29,288 nucleotides of DNA, taken from the NCBI GenBank assembly GCA_017420125.1, contig JAFOJR010000100.1, positions 1-29,288 on the forward strand, read 5' to 3'. The position numbers and the translations under genes were made by a program. This document shows, in pieces, positions 1-7,913 of the stretch; the stretch's first letter is position 1, and the number at the start of each line of letters is the position of its first letter. Source of the DNA: Oscillospiraceae bacterium. GTDB taxonomy: Bacteria; Bacillota; Clostridia; Oscillospirales; Oscillospiraceae. The notes under the pieces are model-generated. The model was not told the origin of the DNA and did no database searches. It saw only the letters and a program-made list of their open reading frames with translations.

Positions 1-528
1 AAAGTCAATCAGATCCAGCCGGGCCGCTTGAAAACGGTCTTTCAATACCTGGTTGATCTTTTGCGCATATGCGGCGATTTGCGCCAGTTCTGTTTCTGTC
101 GCCCAACCCATGGCCAAAATATGAGAATCATTTACCATCGGATCTCCCAGCGCATCGTTTTTATAGCAGTATTCTATTACCGGACGGCGCAGTGTCGTCC
201 CCTCCGCTACGCCCAGCCGCTTTGCCAGCGAACCGGCCGCCACGTTTCGCACCACAACCTCCAGCGGAATAATTGTCACCTGCCGCACCAGCGTTTCCCG
301 CTCTGACACCTGCCGGACAAAATGGGTAGGAATTCCCTGTGCCTCTAATTGCTGCATTAAATAATTGGTAATGGTATTGTTGACAATTCCCTTGTCCTTG
401 ATACTACCTTTCTTCTTCCCATTAAACGCTGTGGCGTCGTCTTTATAGGAAACCAAATATAGTCCATCTTCTGATGTCCGGTAAACCTTTTTTGCTTTCC
501 CTTCATACAATTGTTCTCTCTTTTCCAT
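1..528 (-). CDS. purC: Phosphoribosylaminoimidazolesuccinocarboxamide (SAICAR) synthase, 3'-truncated by the window edge
   Basis: Not in the ORF track. Manual minus-strand translation from ATG 528: MEKREQLYEGKAKKVY...YKDDATAFNGKKKG...PTHF...IIPLEVVVRNVAAGSLAKRLG...EYCYKNDALGDP...LDLIDF. SD AGGAGGGG just upstream. Confidence 0.96.
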   Translation of the reverse strand, partial: MEKREQLYEGKAKKVYRTSEDGLYLVSYKDDATAFNGKKKGSIKDKGIVNNTITNYLMQQLEAQGIPTHFVRQVSERETLVRQVTIIPLEVVVRNVAAGSLAKRLGVAEGTTLRRPVIEYCYKNDALGDPMVNDSHILAMGWATETELAQIAAYAQKINQVLKDRFQAARLDLIDF

Positions 529-560
529 GATTCCCCTCCTGCTTGCTGTGCCTGATTTGG

Positions 561-606
561 AAAAACAAAAACTGTGCCACGCCTTTATCGGAGCCGACAC
601 AGTTTT
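561..606 (-). terminator. Terminator-like hairpin in the purC leader
   Basis: Minus strand AAAACTGTG(606-598)...CACAGTTTT(576-568), extendable by G-U pairs, followed by TGTTTTT; about 20 nt upstream of the purC SD. Confidence 0.6.
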
Positions 607-613
607 ATCGTTC

Positions 614-754
614 TTATATCCATACAACAGATGCTCTGGCAGAAAGATGCACAGATGCAGAGATGCCGTGATGCCGTGTTTTTTGAGAAGCCGGCCGCAT
701 CCAACTGCAGAGAGCCTGATCTTTTGTTCTTTGTCTCTCTGTCACACACTTCAT
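614..754 (-). CDS. Putative 46-aa leader peptide (uORF) upstream of purC
   Basis: GGAGG 6 nt before ATG 754; MKCVTERQRTKDQALCSWMRPASQKTRHHGISASVHLSARASVVWI then TAA 616-614. No recognisable family. Confidence 0.4.
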   Translation of the reverse strand: MKCVTERQRTKDQALCSWMRPASQKTRHHGISASVHLSARASVVWI

Positions 755-817
755 GTTCTGCCTCCATCTGACATATTGTTTTACCTTCCCTGCATTTTAA
801 AGGTAAAACCCACGCAT

Positions 818-846
818 ATTTTATTTTATTTTCATCTTTTTTGCAA
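818..846 (-). promoter_or_regulatory. Candidate sigma-A promoter for purC (proximal)
   Basis: TTGCAA(846-841)-17 nt-TAAAAT(823-818). Confidence 0.6.
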
Positions 847-856
847 GTTGTTCTTT

Positions 857-885
857 ATGCTAATTCACAATTTCAGCGTTGTCAA
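857..885 (-). promoter_or_regulatory. Candidate sigma-A promoter for purC (distal)
   Basis: TTGACA(885-880)-17 nt-TAGCAT(862-857). Confidence 0.5.
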
Positions 886-1135
886 CAATCCTTTCCCCTT
901 CCAGTCACAGGAGATTGTGAATCCTGCAAGCAGTCCGTTTCTTTTTTTGCAGCAGAGGAACTGCCTGCACCATAGCCTGTGCAATCAGCCAATGGCCTGC
1001 TGCGCTGAGATGAATTCCGTCCAAACAGAAAAATTTGCTCCATGTTTTTTCTGCAGAAAAGCCGTACGAACATCAAACCCCGGTGCGCGGGAAGACGGAA
1101 CCTTTTTCTGCTGCTGTCAAATACAGGAGATAGAT

Positions 1136-1170
1136 AAAGCACCCTGCCAAAGGCAGGGTGCTTTTCTTTT
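1136..1170 (-). terminator. Intrinsic terminator after the ABC ATPase
   Basis: Perfect 13-bp stem AAAGCACCCTGCC/GGCAGGGTGCTTT with 3-nt loop directly after the stop at 1171. Confidence 0.85.
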
Positions 1171-1917
1171 TCACTGCTCCCGGAATCGGGCCAAAAAATC
1201 TTTTGTGCTCTGCATTTTGGGATTGCCAAACAGTTCCTGAGGCGGCCCTTCTTCACAGATGACACCGTCTGCCATGTAGACCACATGGCTGGAAACGTCT
1301 CGGGCAAAGGCCATTTCATGGGTCACCACCAACATGGTCAGCCCTTCTTTGGCCAGTGCACGCATGACTGTCAAAACCTCTCCCACCATCTGGGGATCCA
1401 GCGCAGAAGTGGGTTCGTCAAACAGCAATACTTCCGGTTCCATCGCCAGCGCTCTGGCAATGGCTACCCGCTGCTTTTGCCCGCCGGAGAGCTGCCGGGG
1501 CTTTGCGTTGATATACGGCGCCATACCTACCTTACCCAGATAGTACAGTGCCGTTTCCCGGGCGGCTTTCCGTTCCTTTTTCAGCACCTTTAACATTCCC
1601 ACCATGCAATTATCCAACACTGTCATGTTATTAAATAAATTAAAATTCTGGAATACCATTCCCACTTTTGCCCGATAAGGCGCCACGCTGACTTCGGTCC
1701 GGGTCAGAATATTTTCCCCCCGATGGAGAATTTCCCCGCTGGTTGGTGTCTCCAGAAGATTGATGCAGCGCAGCAAGGTGGACTTTCCGGAACCGGATGC
1801 GCCGATGATGCAGGTAACATCTCCTGTGTGAACAGAAAAGTTAATGTCCTTTAAAACTTCGTTTTTTCCAAAGGACTTGCTCAAGTGGCGGATTTCCAAT
1901 ACGGCTTCTCCGTTCAT
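1171..1917 (-). CDS. Polar amino acid ABC transporter ATP-binding protein (GlnQ family)
   Basis: Walker [10 protein letters not shown]-loop MVFQNFNLF, signature LSGGQKQR, Walker [14 protein letters not shown]-loop VTHEM; ATGA overlap with the permease stop. Confidence 0.96.
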   Translation of the reverse strand: MNGEAVLEIRHLSKSFGKNEVLKDINFSVHTGDVTCIIGASGSGKSTLLRCINLLETPTSGEILHRGENILTRTEVSVAPYRAKVGMVFQNFNLFNNMTVLDNCMVGMLKVLKKERKAARETALYYLGKVGMAPYINAKPRQLSGGQKQRVAIARALAMEPEVLLFDEPTSALDPQMVGEVLTVMRALAKEGLTMLVVTHEMAFARDVSSHVVYMADGVICEEGPPQELFGNPKMQSTKDFLARFREQ

Positions 1918-2732
1918 TTTCTGTCTCCCCCTTCTGCATCTTCATCGGTGTATCCTCTGCCGGGATAATTATATAGACCGCTGGTATGAGCCAACGTATC
2001 TGTAGAAGCCAAGTCATAGCTGTCCGGCCCGTCCATTTTCCGTTCCACAGCCCGCAGAATACGGGAGAAGGTAACGGTAAGGATCAGGTAGACCACCATG
2101 GTAATGGCAAAAGTTTCAAAATAAGTATAATAAGTGCCCGCAACCGACTTACTGGCAAAGAACAGTTCCACGACGCCGATCACGGAAAGCACGCAGGTGT
2201 CTTTGATATTGATAATCAGGTTATTGCCGATTTGCGGCATAATATTTCGCATCGCCTGCGGCAGAATGACGGACCGCATTGTTTGCCAATGGGTCATGCC
2301 GATGGCTTTTGCTCCTTCGGCCTGTCCCGGATCAATGGATAAAATCCCCCCTCTGGTGGTTTCTGCCATATAAGCTCCGGTATTGATGGAGACAATGATA
2401 ATTGCTGCCAGCCAAATGCTGATGTCTAACCCGGCGTATAGCAGCCCGTAATAGATAAACATGGCCTGTACCATCATCGGTGTGCCGCGGAACACTTCCA
2501 CATATGCATACAAAATGCCTTTGATGGCCGTAATCAAGACACGCTTCACAGACCATTTTTTCTGATCCACCGGGATGGTTTGTACAGTGCCCACAAGAAG
2601 TCCAATTACACAGCCAATTGCCGTACTCACCACAGCAATCAGCAGCGTAGACCCGGCGCCTCGCAAAATAGACATTCCATATCGCTGAATGATAAATAAG
2701 ATTCTCTCTAAGAATCCTGATGGCAATGACAT
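1914..2732 (-). CDS. Polar amino acid ABC transporter permease (HisM/GlnP family)
   Basis: [35 protein letters not shown] (EAA loop), ILPQA, NIKDT; SD GAGGAG. Confidence 0.95.
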   Translation of the reverse strand: MSLPSGFLERILFIIQRYGMSILRGAGSTLLIAVVSTAIGCVIGLLVGTVQTIPVDQKKWSVKRVLITAIKGILYAYVEVFRGTPMMVQAMFIYYGLLYAGLDISIWLAAIIIVSINTGAYMAETTRGGILSIDPGQAEGAKAIGMTHWQTMRSVILPQAMRNIMPQIGNNLIINIKDTCVLSVIGVVELFFASKSVAGTYYTYFETFAITMVVYLILTVTFSRILRAVERKMDGPDSYDLASTDTLAHTSGLYNYPGRGYTDEDAEGGDRK

Positions 2733-2881
2733 AACAATCGTCTCCTCTTTTCAGACTATATGGGCGCCGCAGAAACTCTTTGGCGCCCATACAACATATA
2801 CATAAGTTCAAGCATCAACTGATTCCAAAAATAAATCAAAAAATCTGCCTTTGTACTCTGTTTGTCCCTTTTTTGTCCCTG

Positions 2882-3787
2882 TTAATTGGACAGAGGCTGT
2901 GCAGCAATGGCTTCATCCATCATCGCATTAAAATCAGCTTCCGTCATGGTAGACAAAACGCTGTTCATAGCGTCAGTCAGTTCGGTGTTGCCTTTCTGGA
3001 CAGAGATTCCGATGTTGATTTCTTCCTCGGAAACCTGGAAATCATCATCAGAACCGGTGAAATCCAGAACGGTCATGTTGGGATATGCGATGCAGGCTGC
3101 TTTTGCAGTAGGCATATCAGTGACAACCAAGTCAACTTTTCCAGAATCCAGCGCAACTAACATTGCGGGAGCAGATTCCATTGCAGGCTGGATGTTGGCA
3201 TCTTTGATCTGGGGCAGGCAAACATCATACCATACCGTGTTGATCTGAGACGTAACCTTGGCGCCAGTCAGATCGGCAACACCTTTCGCCGCTGCATATT
3301 GGCCGTCTGCCTTGGTGAGACCGACAATGGAAGCATAGTAATACGGCTCGGTGAAATCTACTGTTGCCATTCGTTCAGAGGTGATAGACTGGCCGGCAAT
3401 CGCGCAATCGATCTTTCCGGACTGAACTGCAATAGGCAGAGAATCCCAATCCAGCTTATAGATTTCCAGATCCCAATTCAACTTTTCACAAATGAGCTTT
3501 GCCATCATTACGTCGTAGCCATACGCGTAATCCTGGCTGTCCACAATGGGAACAGCGCCATTAGAATCATCGCTCTGTGCCCAGTTGTAGGGAGCATAAG
3601 CGCATTCCATACCTACACGCAGGACCTTCCGCTCACCGTCCGTGTTTGCTGCTGCAGAGGGCTCTGCAGAAGCCTCTGTGGTGGGTTCTGCGGATTCTTC
3701 CGTTCCGCCGGTGCCGCCGCCGCAGGCACATAAAGCCAGCAGCATCATCAGAGAAAGCGCCAACGCAATCATACGTTTCATTTTCAT
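2882..3787 (-). CDS. Amino acid ABC transporter substrate-binding lipoprotein (SBP family 3), probably lysine-binding
   Basis: Lipobox LALCA-C, LRVGMECAYAPYNW, GYDV..AK.IC, G.IDCAIAGQSIT.ER..VDF..PYY. ATG 3787 is 10 nt from SD AAGGAG; the track's ATG 3796 is only 1 nt from it. Confidence 0.93.
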   Translation of the reverse strand: MKMKRMIALALSLMMLLALCACGGGTGGTEESAEPTTEASAEPSAAANTDGERKVLRVGMECAYAPYNWAQSDDSNGAVPIVDSQDYAYGYDVMMAKLICEKLNWDLEIYKLDWDSLPIAVQSGKIDCAIAGQSITSERMATVDFTEPYYYASIVGLTKADGQYAAAKGVADLTGAKVTSQINTVWYDVCLPQIKDANIQPAMESAPAMLVALDSGKVDLVVTDMPTAKAACIAYPNMTVLDFTGSDDDFQVSEEEINIGISVQKGNTELTDAMNSVLSTMTEADFNAMMDEAIAAQPLSN

Positions 3788-3837
3788 ACTTTCCATACTC
3801 CTTTTTCCTGAATTTTCTATCTTGATTTCAAAATAGA

Positions 3838-3881
3838 CAAAAGAAAAGCCATGTCACCTCATCCGCTGAAGCACACATGGC
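3838..3881 (-). terminator. Expression-platform terminator of the lysine riboswitch
   Basis: GCCATGT...ACATGGC with inner CTTCA/TGAGG stem, followed by TTTTCTTTT on the minus strand. Confidence 0.85.
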
Positions 3882-3911
3882 ATAAGCTTGCGGCATTGCC
3901 GCATCAGTTCC

Positions 3912-4073
3912 CATGATAGCGCTCCACAGTTGTGGCAGTGCGCCGAATCTTTTCCGACGCCCCAGCGCGGCAGTTCCAGGTACAGCTGCCATGCTTCGGC
4001 CGACATCCCTTTAACCTGCAGCGGGTACCTACCCTTGCTGCAGACGACTCATGATGCCCGCGCCTCTATCATG
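3912..4073 (-). ncRNA. Lysine riboswitch (L-box)
   Basis: Minus strand: P1 CATGATAG/CTATCATG, AGAGGCGCG, ATGAGT, AAAGGG, GCCGAAG, CTGGGG, ACTGCC, GGAGCGCT in canonical order, followed by a terminator. Confidence 0.93.
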
Positions 4074-4111
4074 TTCGATATGATTTTCCTTTTTTATTAT
4101 GTATTGGTTTA

Positions 4112-4140
4112 AACTTACCATGGTTTTCGTCTTCTGTCAA
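4112..4140 (-). promoter_or_regulatory. Sigma-A promoter of the riboswitch-ABC operon
   Basis: TTGACA(4140-4135)-17 nt-TAAGTT(4117-4112) with TG extension. Confidence 0.7.
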
Positions 4141-4199
4141 CCGTTTCCCATGGAATCTCACAGATTCTGCCTTTTTCTATCTTTTCCCCGCAGGATATG

Positions 4200-4233
4200 C
4201 GAAAAGCCGTCGCTTTTCAGCAACGGCTTTTCG
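4200..4233 (-). terminator. Terminator after the P-type ATPase
   Basis: CGAAAAGCCGTTGC/GCGACGGCTTTTCG stem (one G-U on the minus strand), 11 nt after the stop. Confidence 0.8.
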
Positions 4234-4244
4234 TGTCCTTTTTC

Positions 4245-6833
4245 TTATATTTCCTGCCGCAAACGGGCAATTCCTTTTTGCAGCTCCGTAAACAGCAGCA
4301 TTAAAACACACAAACCCAAAATTTCCAGCCATTGCAGCCCCGGGATAACACCCAGGCCGAATAGCGTCCGCAGCGGCGGCAGCAAAACGACAATCAGCTG
4401 CAGCACAGTGGAAGCACCCAAAGCCAGCCACAACACGGGATGTTTTTTTGCTTTCATTCGGAAAACAGACAATCTCTCTGACTGGAATCCCAATGCAGCA
4501 AACAACTGAGCCATTGCCAATGTTACAAAAGCCATACTCATACCGATTTCCGGAGAAAAACGACAACCCAGCAAAAAAGCGACAATGGTAAGCAGCGCTT
4601 CAAAGGCGCCGGTCAGCGCAATACGGAGCCACTCCCGTCCCGTGAAAAACGGAATGGATTTGTCCCGCGGCTTTCGCTCCATCACACCATCTTCTTCCGG
4701 TTCTATGCCCAACGCCAGCGCCGGAAGAGAATCCGTTACCAGATTGACCCATAAGATATGCACAGGGTTTAAAATCCGCCAGCCTGCCAAAGTGGCCACC
4801 AGCATGGTCACTACTTCACCGGCATTGGAGGACAGCAGGAATCGAACCGCCTTGTGGATATTGTCAAAAATCCGTCGGCCTTCCCGCACAGCAATTACAA
4901 TCGTAGCAAAATTGTCATCCGTCAAGATCATATCCGATGCGCCTTTGGAAACATCGGTTCCTGTGATTCCCATGCCGACACCGATATCTGCCGCCTTCAG
5001 TGCTGGAGCGTCATTGACACCATCGCCGGTCATAGCCACAACCTTGCCTCGCTTTTGCCACGCAGCCACAATTCGGCTTTTATGCTCCGGCGCCACCCGA
5101 GCAAAAACTGCAATATCCCGAATCTGATCGTATAACTCCTGATCGCTCATGGCTTCCAATTCCACACCGGTAATAACCCGCCGGCCATCTCCCAGGATAC
5201 CCAACCGTCCGGCAATGGCAGCTGCCGTAATTTTATGGTCTCCCGTAATCATTACAGGCAGGATGCCTGCTTTTCGGCAGGTTTCAATGGCACGCTTGGC
5301 TTCCTCCCTGGGCGGGTCGATCATGCCCACCAAACCGCAGAATACCAATCCGCTTTCCGTCCCTGCCTGATCTGCCGGGTTGAAAGACGCCGCTTCTATG
5401 TCTTTATAGGCAAACGCCAGCACGCGCAGTGCCTGTTGCGCCATTTCCTCGTTGGCTGCCGCAATTTCTTCGATGCTGCCCATCCGGATTTCCGCGCCGT
5501 CTTTCAAGCGGCGGCTGCACCGAGACAACAGCACATCCGGTGCTCCTTTCACCAACACACGCAGCTTTCCATCGGGCAGCGCCCGAACCACAGTAGACAG
5601 TTTCCGATCGGAGTCAAAGGGAAACTCACCTGCTCGCACTCTCGCTTTCACCGCGTCCACGGTGCAGACGTTTTGGGCCAGCAGATAGTCCAGCAGTGCC
5701 GTTTCCGTAGGATCTCCCACAAACTGTCCGTCATCGCTGGGTGTCCCGTCGTTGCAATGGAGCATGGCCTCAAACAGATGATCCGGCGCTTCTTCGCCGG
5801 TCCAAATCTGCTGAACCGTCATTCGATTCATAGTCAACGTCCCGGTTTTGTCGGAACAAATCACTTGGGTAGAGCCCAATGTTTCCACTGCCGGCAATCG
5901 GCGGATAATGGCACCCTGGTCTGCCATGCGGCGCATTCCCATGGCCAAAACAATGGTAACTACCGCCACCATGCCCTCTGGAATGGCAGCCACCGCCAGA
6001 GAAACCGCCGTCAAAAACATGTCAATAGCCGTTCGGCCGGACAGAAGCCCTGCCGCAAAAATGACAACAGCAACGCCGATAACACCGATGGAAAGCACGT
6101 TGGAAAGCTGGTTCAGCTTTTTTTGCAAAGGAGTACTTTCTGTCTTTCCGCCGGACAGCTGATGGGCGATTTTGCCCATTTCCGTCTCCATGCCTGTAGC
6201 GGTCACTACGCCGGAAGCGCGGCCATATGTAACAGCTGTTCCCATATAGGCCATATTGATACGGTCTGCCAGCGGCACGTTCAAATCTTCCACCACGGCA
6301 GCGCTCTTCTCCGCAGGGAGCGACTCGCCGGTAAGGGCTGATTCTTCCACTTTTAACGAATGACAGGTAACAATGCGCAAATCCGCCGGAACACTGTCCC
6401 CCGCTTCCAAGAGAACCAAATCTCCCGGAACCAATTCAGCTGCCGGCAGTTTCATCGTCGCACCATCCCGCACTACTTTCGCAAAAGGTGCAGCCATTTT
6501 TTCCAAAGCTTCCAATGCCGCTTCCGCCCTGGCCTCCTGTACCGTCCCTAATATGGCGTTTAAAACAATCACTATGGCGATGATGCAGGCATCCACCCAT
6601 TCTCCTAAAAAACCGGAAATTAACGCAGCGGCAATCAGGACCCATATCATAAAGTCCATAAATTGTCCCAGAAAAATGCTGAAAACACTTCGCTTTTTCC
6701 CTTTTTTCAACTGGTTCGGTCCAGATTGTTCCAGCCGTTGTTTGGCCGCTTCTGCCGTCAAGCCAGCCGGGCCGGTTCCCCACACCGCAAGAACGGCGCT
6801 CGTCTCCTGTGTGTGCCAGAATTTCTGTTCCAC
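4245..6833 (-). CDS. P-type IIA cation (Ca2+)-transporting ATPase
   Basis: LTGES, AIPEGM, DKTGT, KGAP, GMIDPPR, MITGD, FARVAPEHK, TGDGVNDAPALK, TM5 SSNAGE, TM6 WVNLVTDS. The track's TTG at 6929 lies inside the promoter; GTG 6833 (VEQKFW) is my preferred but uncertain start. Confidence 0.95.
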   Translation of the reverse strand: MEQKFWHTQETSAVLAVWGTGPAGLTAEAAKQRLEQSGPNQLKKGKKRSVFSIFLGQFMDFMIWVLIAAALISGFLGEWVDACIIAIVIVLNAILGTVQEARAEAALEALEKMAAPFAKVVRDGATMKLPAAELVPGDLVLLEAGDSVPADLRIVTCHSLKVEESALTGESLPAEKSAAVVEDLNVPLADRINMAYMGTAVTYGRASGVVTATGMETEMGKIAHQLSGGKTESTPLQKKLNQLSNVLSIGVIGVAVVIFAAGLLSGRTAIDMFLTAVSLAVAAIPEGMVAVVTIVLAMGMRRMADQGAIIRRLPAVETLGSTQVICSDKTGTLTMNRMTVQQIWTGEEAPDHLFEAMLHCNDGTPSDDGQFVGDPTETALLDYLLAQNVCTVDAVKARVRAGEFPFDSDRKLSTVVRALPDGKLRVLVKGAPDVLLSRCSRRLKDGAEIRMGSIEEIAAANEEMAQQALRVLAFAYKDIEAASFNPADQAGTESGLVFCGLVGMIDPPREEAKRAIETCRKAGILPVMITGDHKITAAAIAGRLGILGDGRRVITGVELEAMSDQELYDQIRDIAVFARVAPEHKSRIVAAWQKRGKVVAMTGDGVNDAPALKAADIGVGMGITGTDVSKGASDMILTDDNFATIVIAVREGRRIFDNIHKAVRFLLSSNAGEVVTMLVATLAGWRILNPVHILWVNLVTDSLPALALGIEPEEDGVMERKPRDKSIPFFTGREWLRIALTGAFEALLTIVAFLLGCRFSPEIGMSMAFVTLAMAQLFAALGFQSERLSVFRMKAKKHPVLWLALGASTVLQLIVVLLPPLRTLFGLGVIPGLQWLEILGLCVLMLLFTELQKGIARLRQEI

Positions 6834-6914
6834 TAACTCATTCCCTACCCTTCTTTTTGCTTGCTTCGCTTTGCAGTGTTCCTTTTTGTAACGGTTGTTT
6901 TCAGATGATGTGTT

Positions 6915-6943
6915 ATTATAGTACGCCAATCTCTTCCTGTCAA
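6915..6943 (-). promoter_or_regulatory. Consensus sigma-A promoter of the ATPase
   Basis: TTGACA(6943-6938)-17 nt-TATAAT(6920-6915), exact consensus. Confidence 0.9.
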
Positions 6944-7019
6944 TTCAGACGAAACACCATTGCGAACCTCGTTTTGCTCTCCATACACATTTACAATTTA
7001 TTCACGATTTTTTCAAACT

Positions 7020-7048
7020 TTGCTCTTATTTATCCGTTATGATACAAT
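7020..7048 (+). promoter_or_regulatory. Candidate sigma-A promoter in the ATPase-spmA intergenic region
   Basis: TTGCTC(7020-25)-17 nt-TACAAT(7043-48) with TG extension at 7040-41. Confidence 0.55.
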
Positions 7049-7054
7049 CATCCC

Positions 7055-7210
7055 CAATAGGGATGTACGATGAAACTGTAAAAACCAGAATCAGTTTCAA
7101 GTATCATAATACCCTCCCAACTTCATATTCATCAAAACTCTGTAAACAGAACAACACGAGACATTTAGGGCTGCCTTTCTCCCCCGATTGGCAGTCCTTT
7201 GTCTGTTATT
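7055..7210 (+). ncRNA. Candidate small RNA with C-rich anti-SD-like motifs
   Basis: Lies between the promoter above and a hairpin AGGGCTGCC/GGCAGTCCT (G-U favours the plus strand) followed by TTGTCTGTTATTTT; contains CCCTCCC and TCTCCCCC. Confidence 0.35.
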
Positions 7211-7316
7211 TTCCCCCTCCGTATGGTTTCGCTCTTTGTGTGAGCGCCCAGATTTTCGTCATGGAAAAGCCTTCCCGCGTATATAAATAGAAAAACAGAC
7301 CATATCGGAGGGGGAG

Positions 7317-7913
7317 ATGTTTTATATGGCAATGTCTTTCATCTGGGTTTTTATGATTTTGCTTTCTGTTGGTTCCAGTTTCTTTTTCGGCACGGGTGAG
7401 CAGGTCTCAAAGGCTGCATTGGAGGGCGCGGCAGAAGCAGTTCAGCTCTGCCTCTCCATGGCGGGAATTCTCTGCCTGTGGAGCGGCATTATGGAAGTGA
7501 TGCGGCGGTCCGGACTTATGGGGACTCTGTCTCGGATTCTGCGTCCGATTTTGGCGTTGCTCTATCCTCAGTTTAAGCATGACAACAGCGTTATGGAACC
7601 ACTTTCCGCCAATGTGTCTGCCAATTTGCTGGGCTTGGGAAATGCCGCTACCCCCATGGGAATTCAGGCTGCAACACAGATGAATCGTACCTGCCCCGGC
7701 GTGGCCACAGACCCACTTTGCATGTTGGTGGTGTGCAACACTGCCTCAATCCAACTGATTCCCGCTACCATTGCCGGTGTTCGGGCTGCCGCAGGCGCTG
7801 CCGCTCCTTTTGACATCCTTCCGGCAGTGTGGCTGGCCTCCGTCTGCTCTGTTTTGGCCGGCATTTCTGCGGCAAAGCTGTTTCAGCATATCTGGAGGGA
7901 CAGCCTGCAATGA
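7317..7913 (+). CDS. spmA: Spore maturation protein A
   Basis: GILCLWSGIMEV..RSGL, ANLLGLGNAATPMGI.A, NTASIQLIPAT; strong SD GGAGGGGG. Confidence 0.95.
   Translation: MFYMAMSFIWVFMILLSVGSSFFFGTGEQVSKAALEGAAEAVQLCLSMAGILCLWSGIMEVMRRSGLMGTLSRILRPILALLYPQFKHDNSVMEPLSANVSANLLGLGNAATPMGIQAATQMNRTCPGVATDPLCMLVVCNTASIQLIPATIAGVRAAAGAAAPFDILPAVWLASVCSVLAGISAAKLFQHIWRDSLQ

Noticed and set aside
862-922. ATTCACAAT/ATTGTGAAT inverted pair and TCACA-N6-TGTGA resembling Rex or CRP sites
   Set aside because: Half-sites are in the wrong orientation and spacing for Rex (TTGTGAA-N4-TTCACAA) or CRP (TGTGA-N6-TCACA).
527-1240. 237-aa plus-strand ORF, and other long antisense ORFs in the track (e.g. 5235-6341, 8569-9534, 12435-13322, 15459-16547, 17496-18596)
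   Set aside because: No SD or recognisable motifs, Cys/Phe/Arg-rich low-quality sequence, and they lie opposite well-supported genes or regulatory DNA; treated as shadow ORFs.
6834-6929. N-terminal extension of the ATPase given by the ORF track; possible yybP-ykoY Mn2+ riboswitch in its leader
   Set aside because: The TTG at 6929 is inside a consensus promoter, and the ~75-nt leader lacks the GGGGAGUAGC and AGACC elements.
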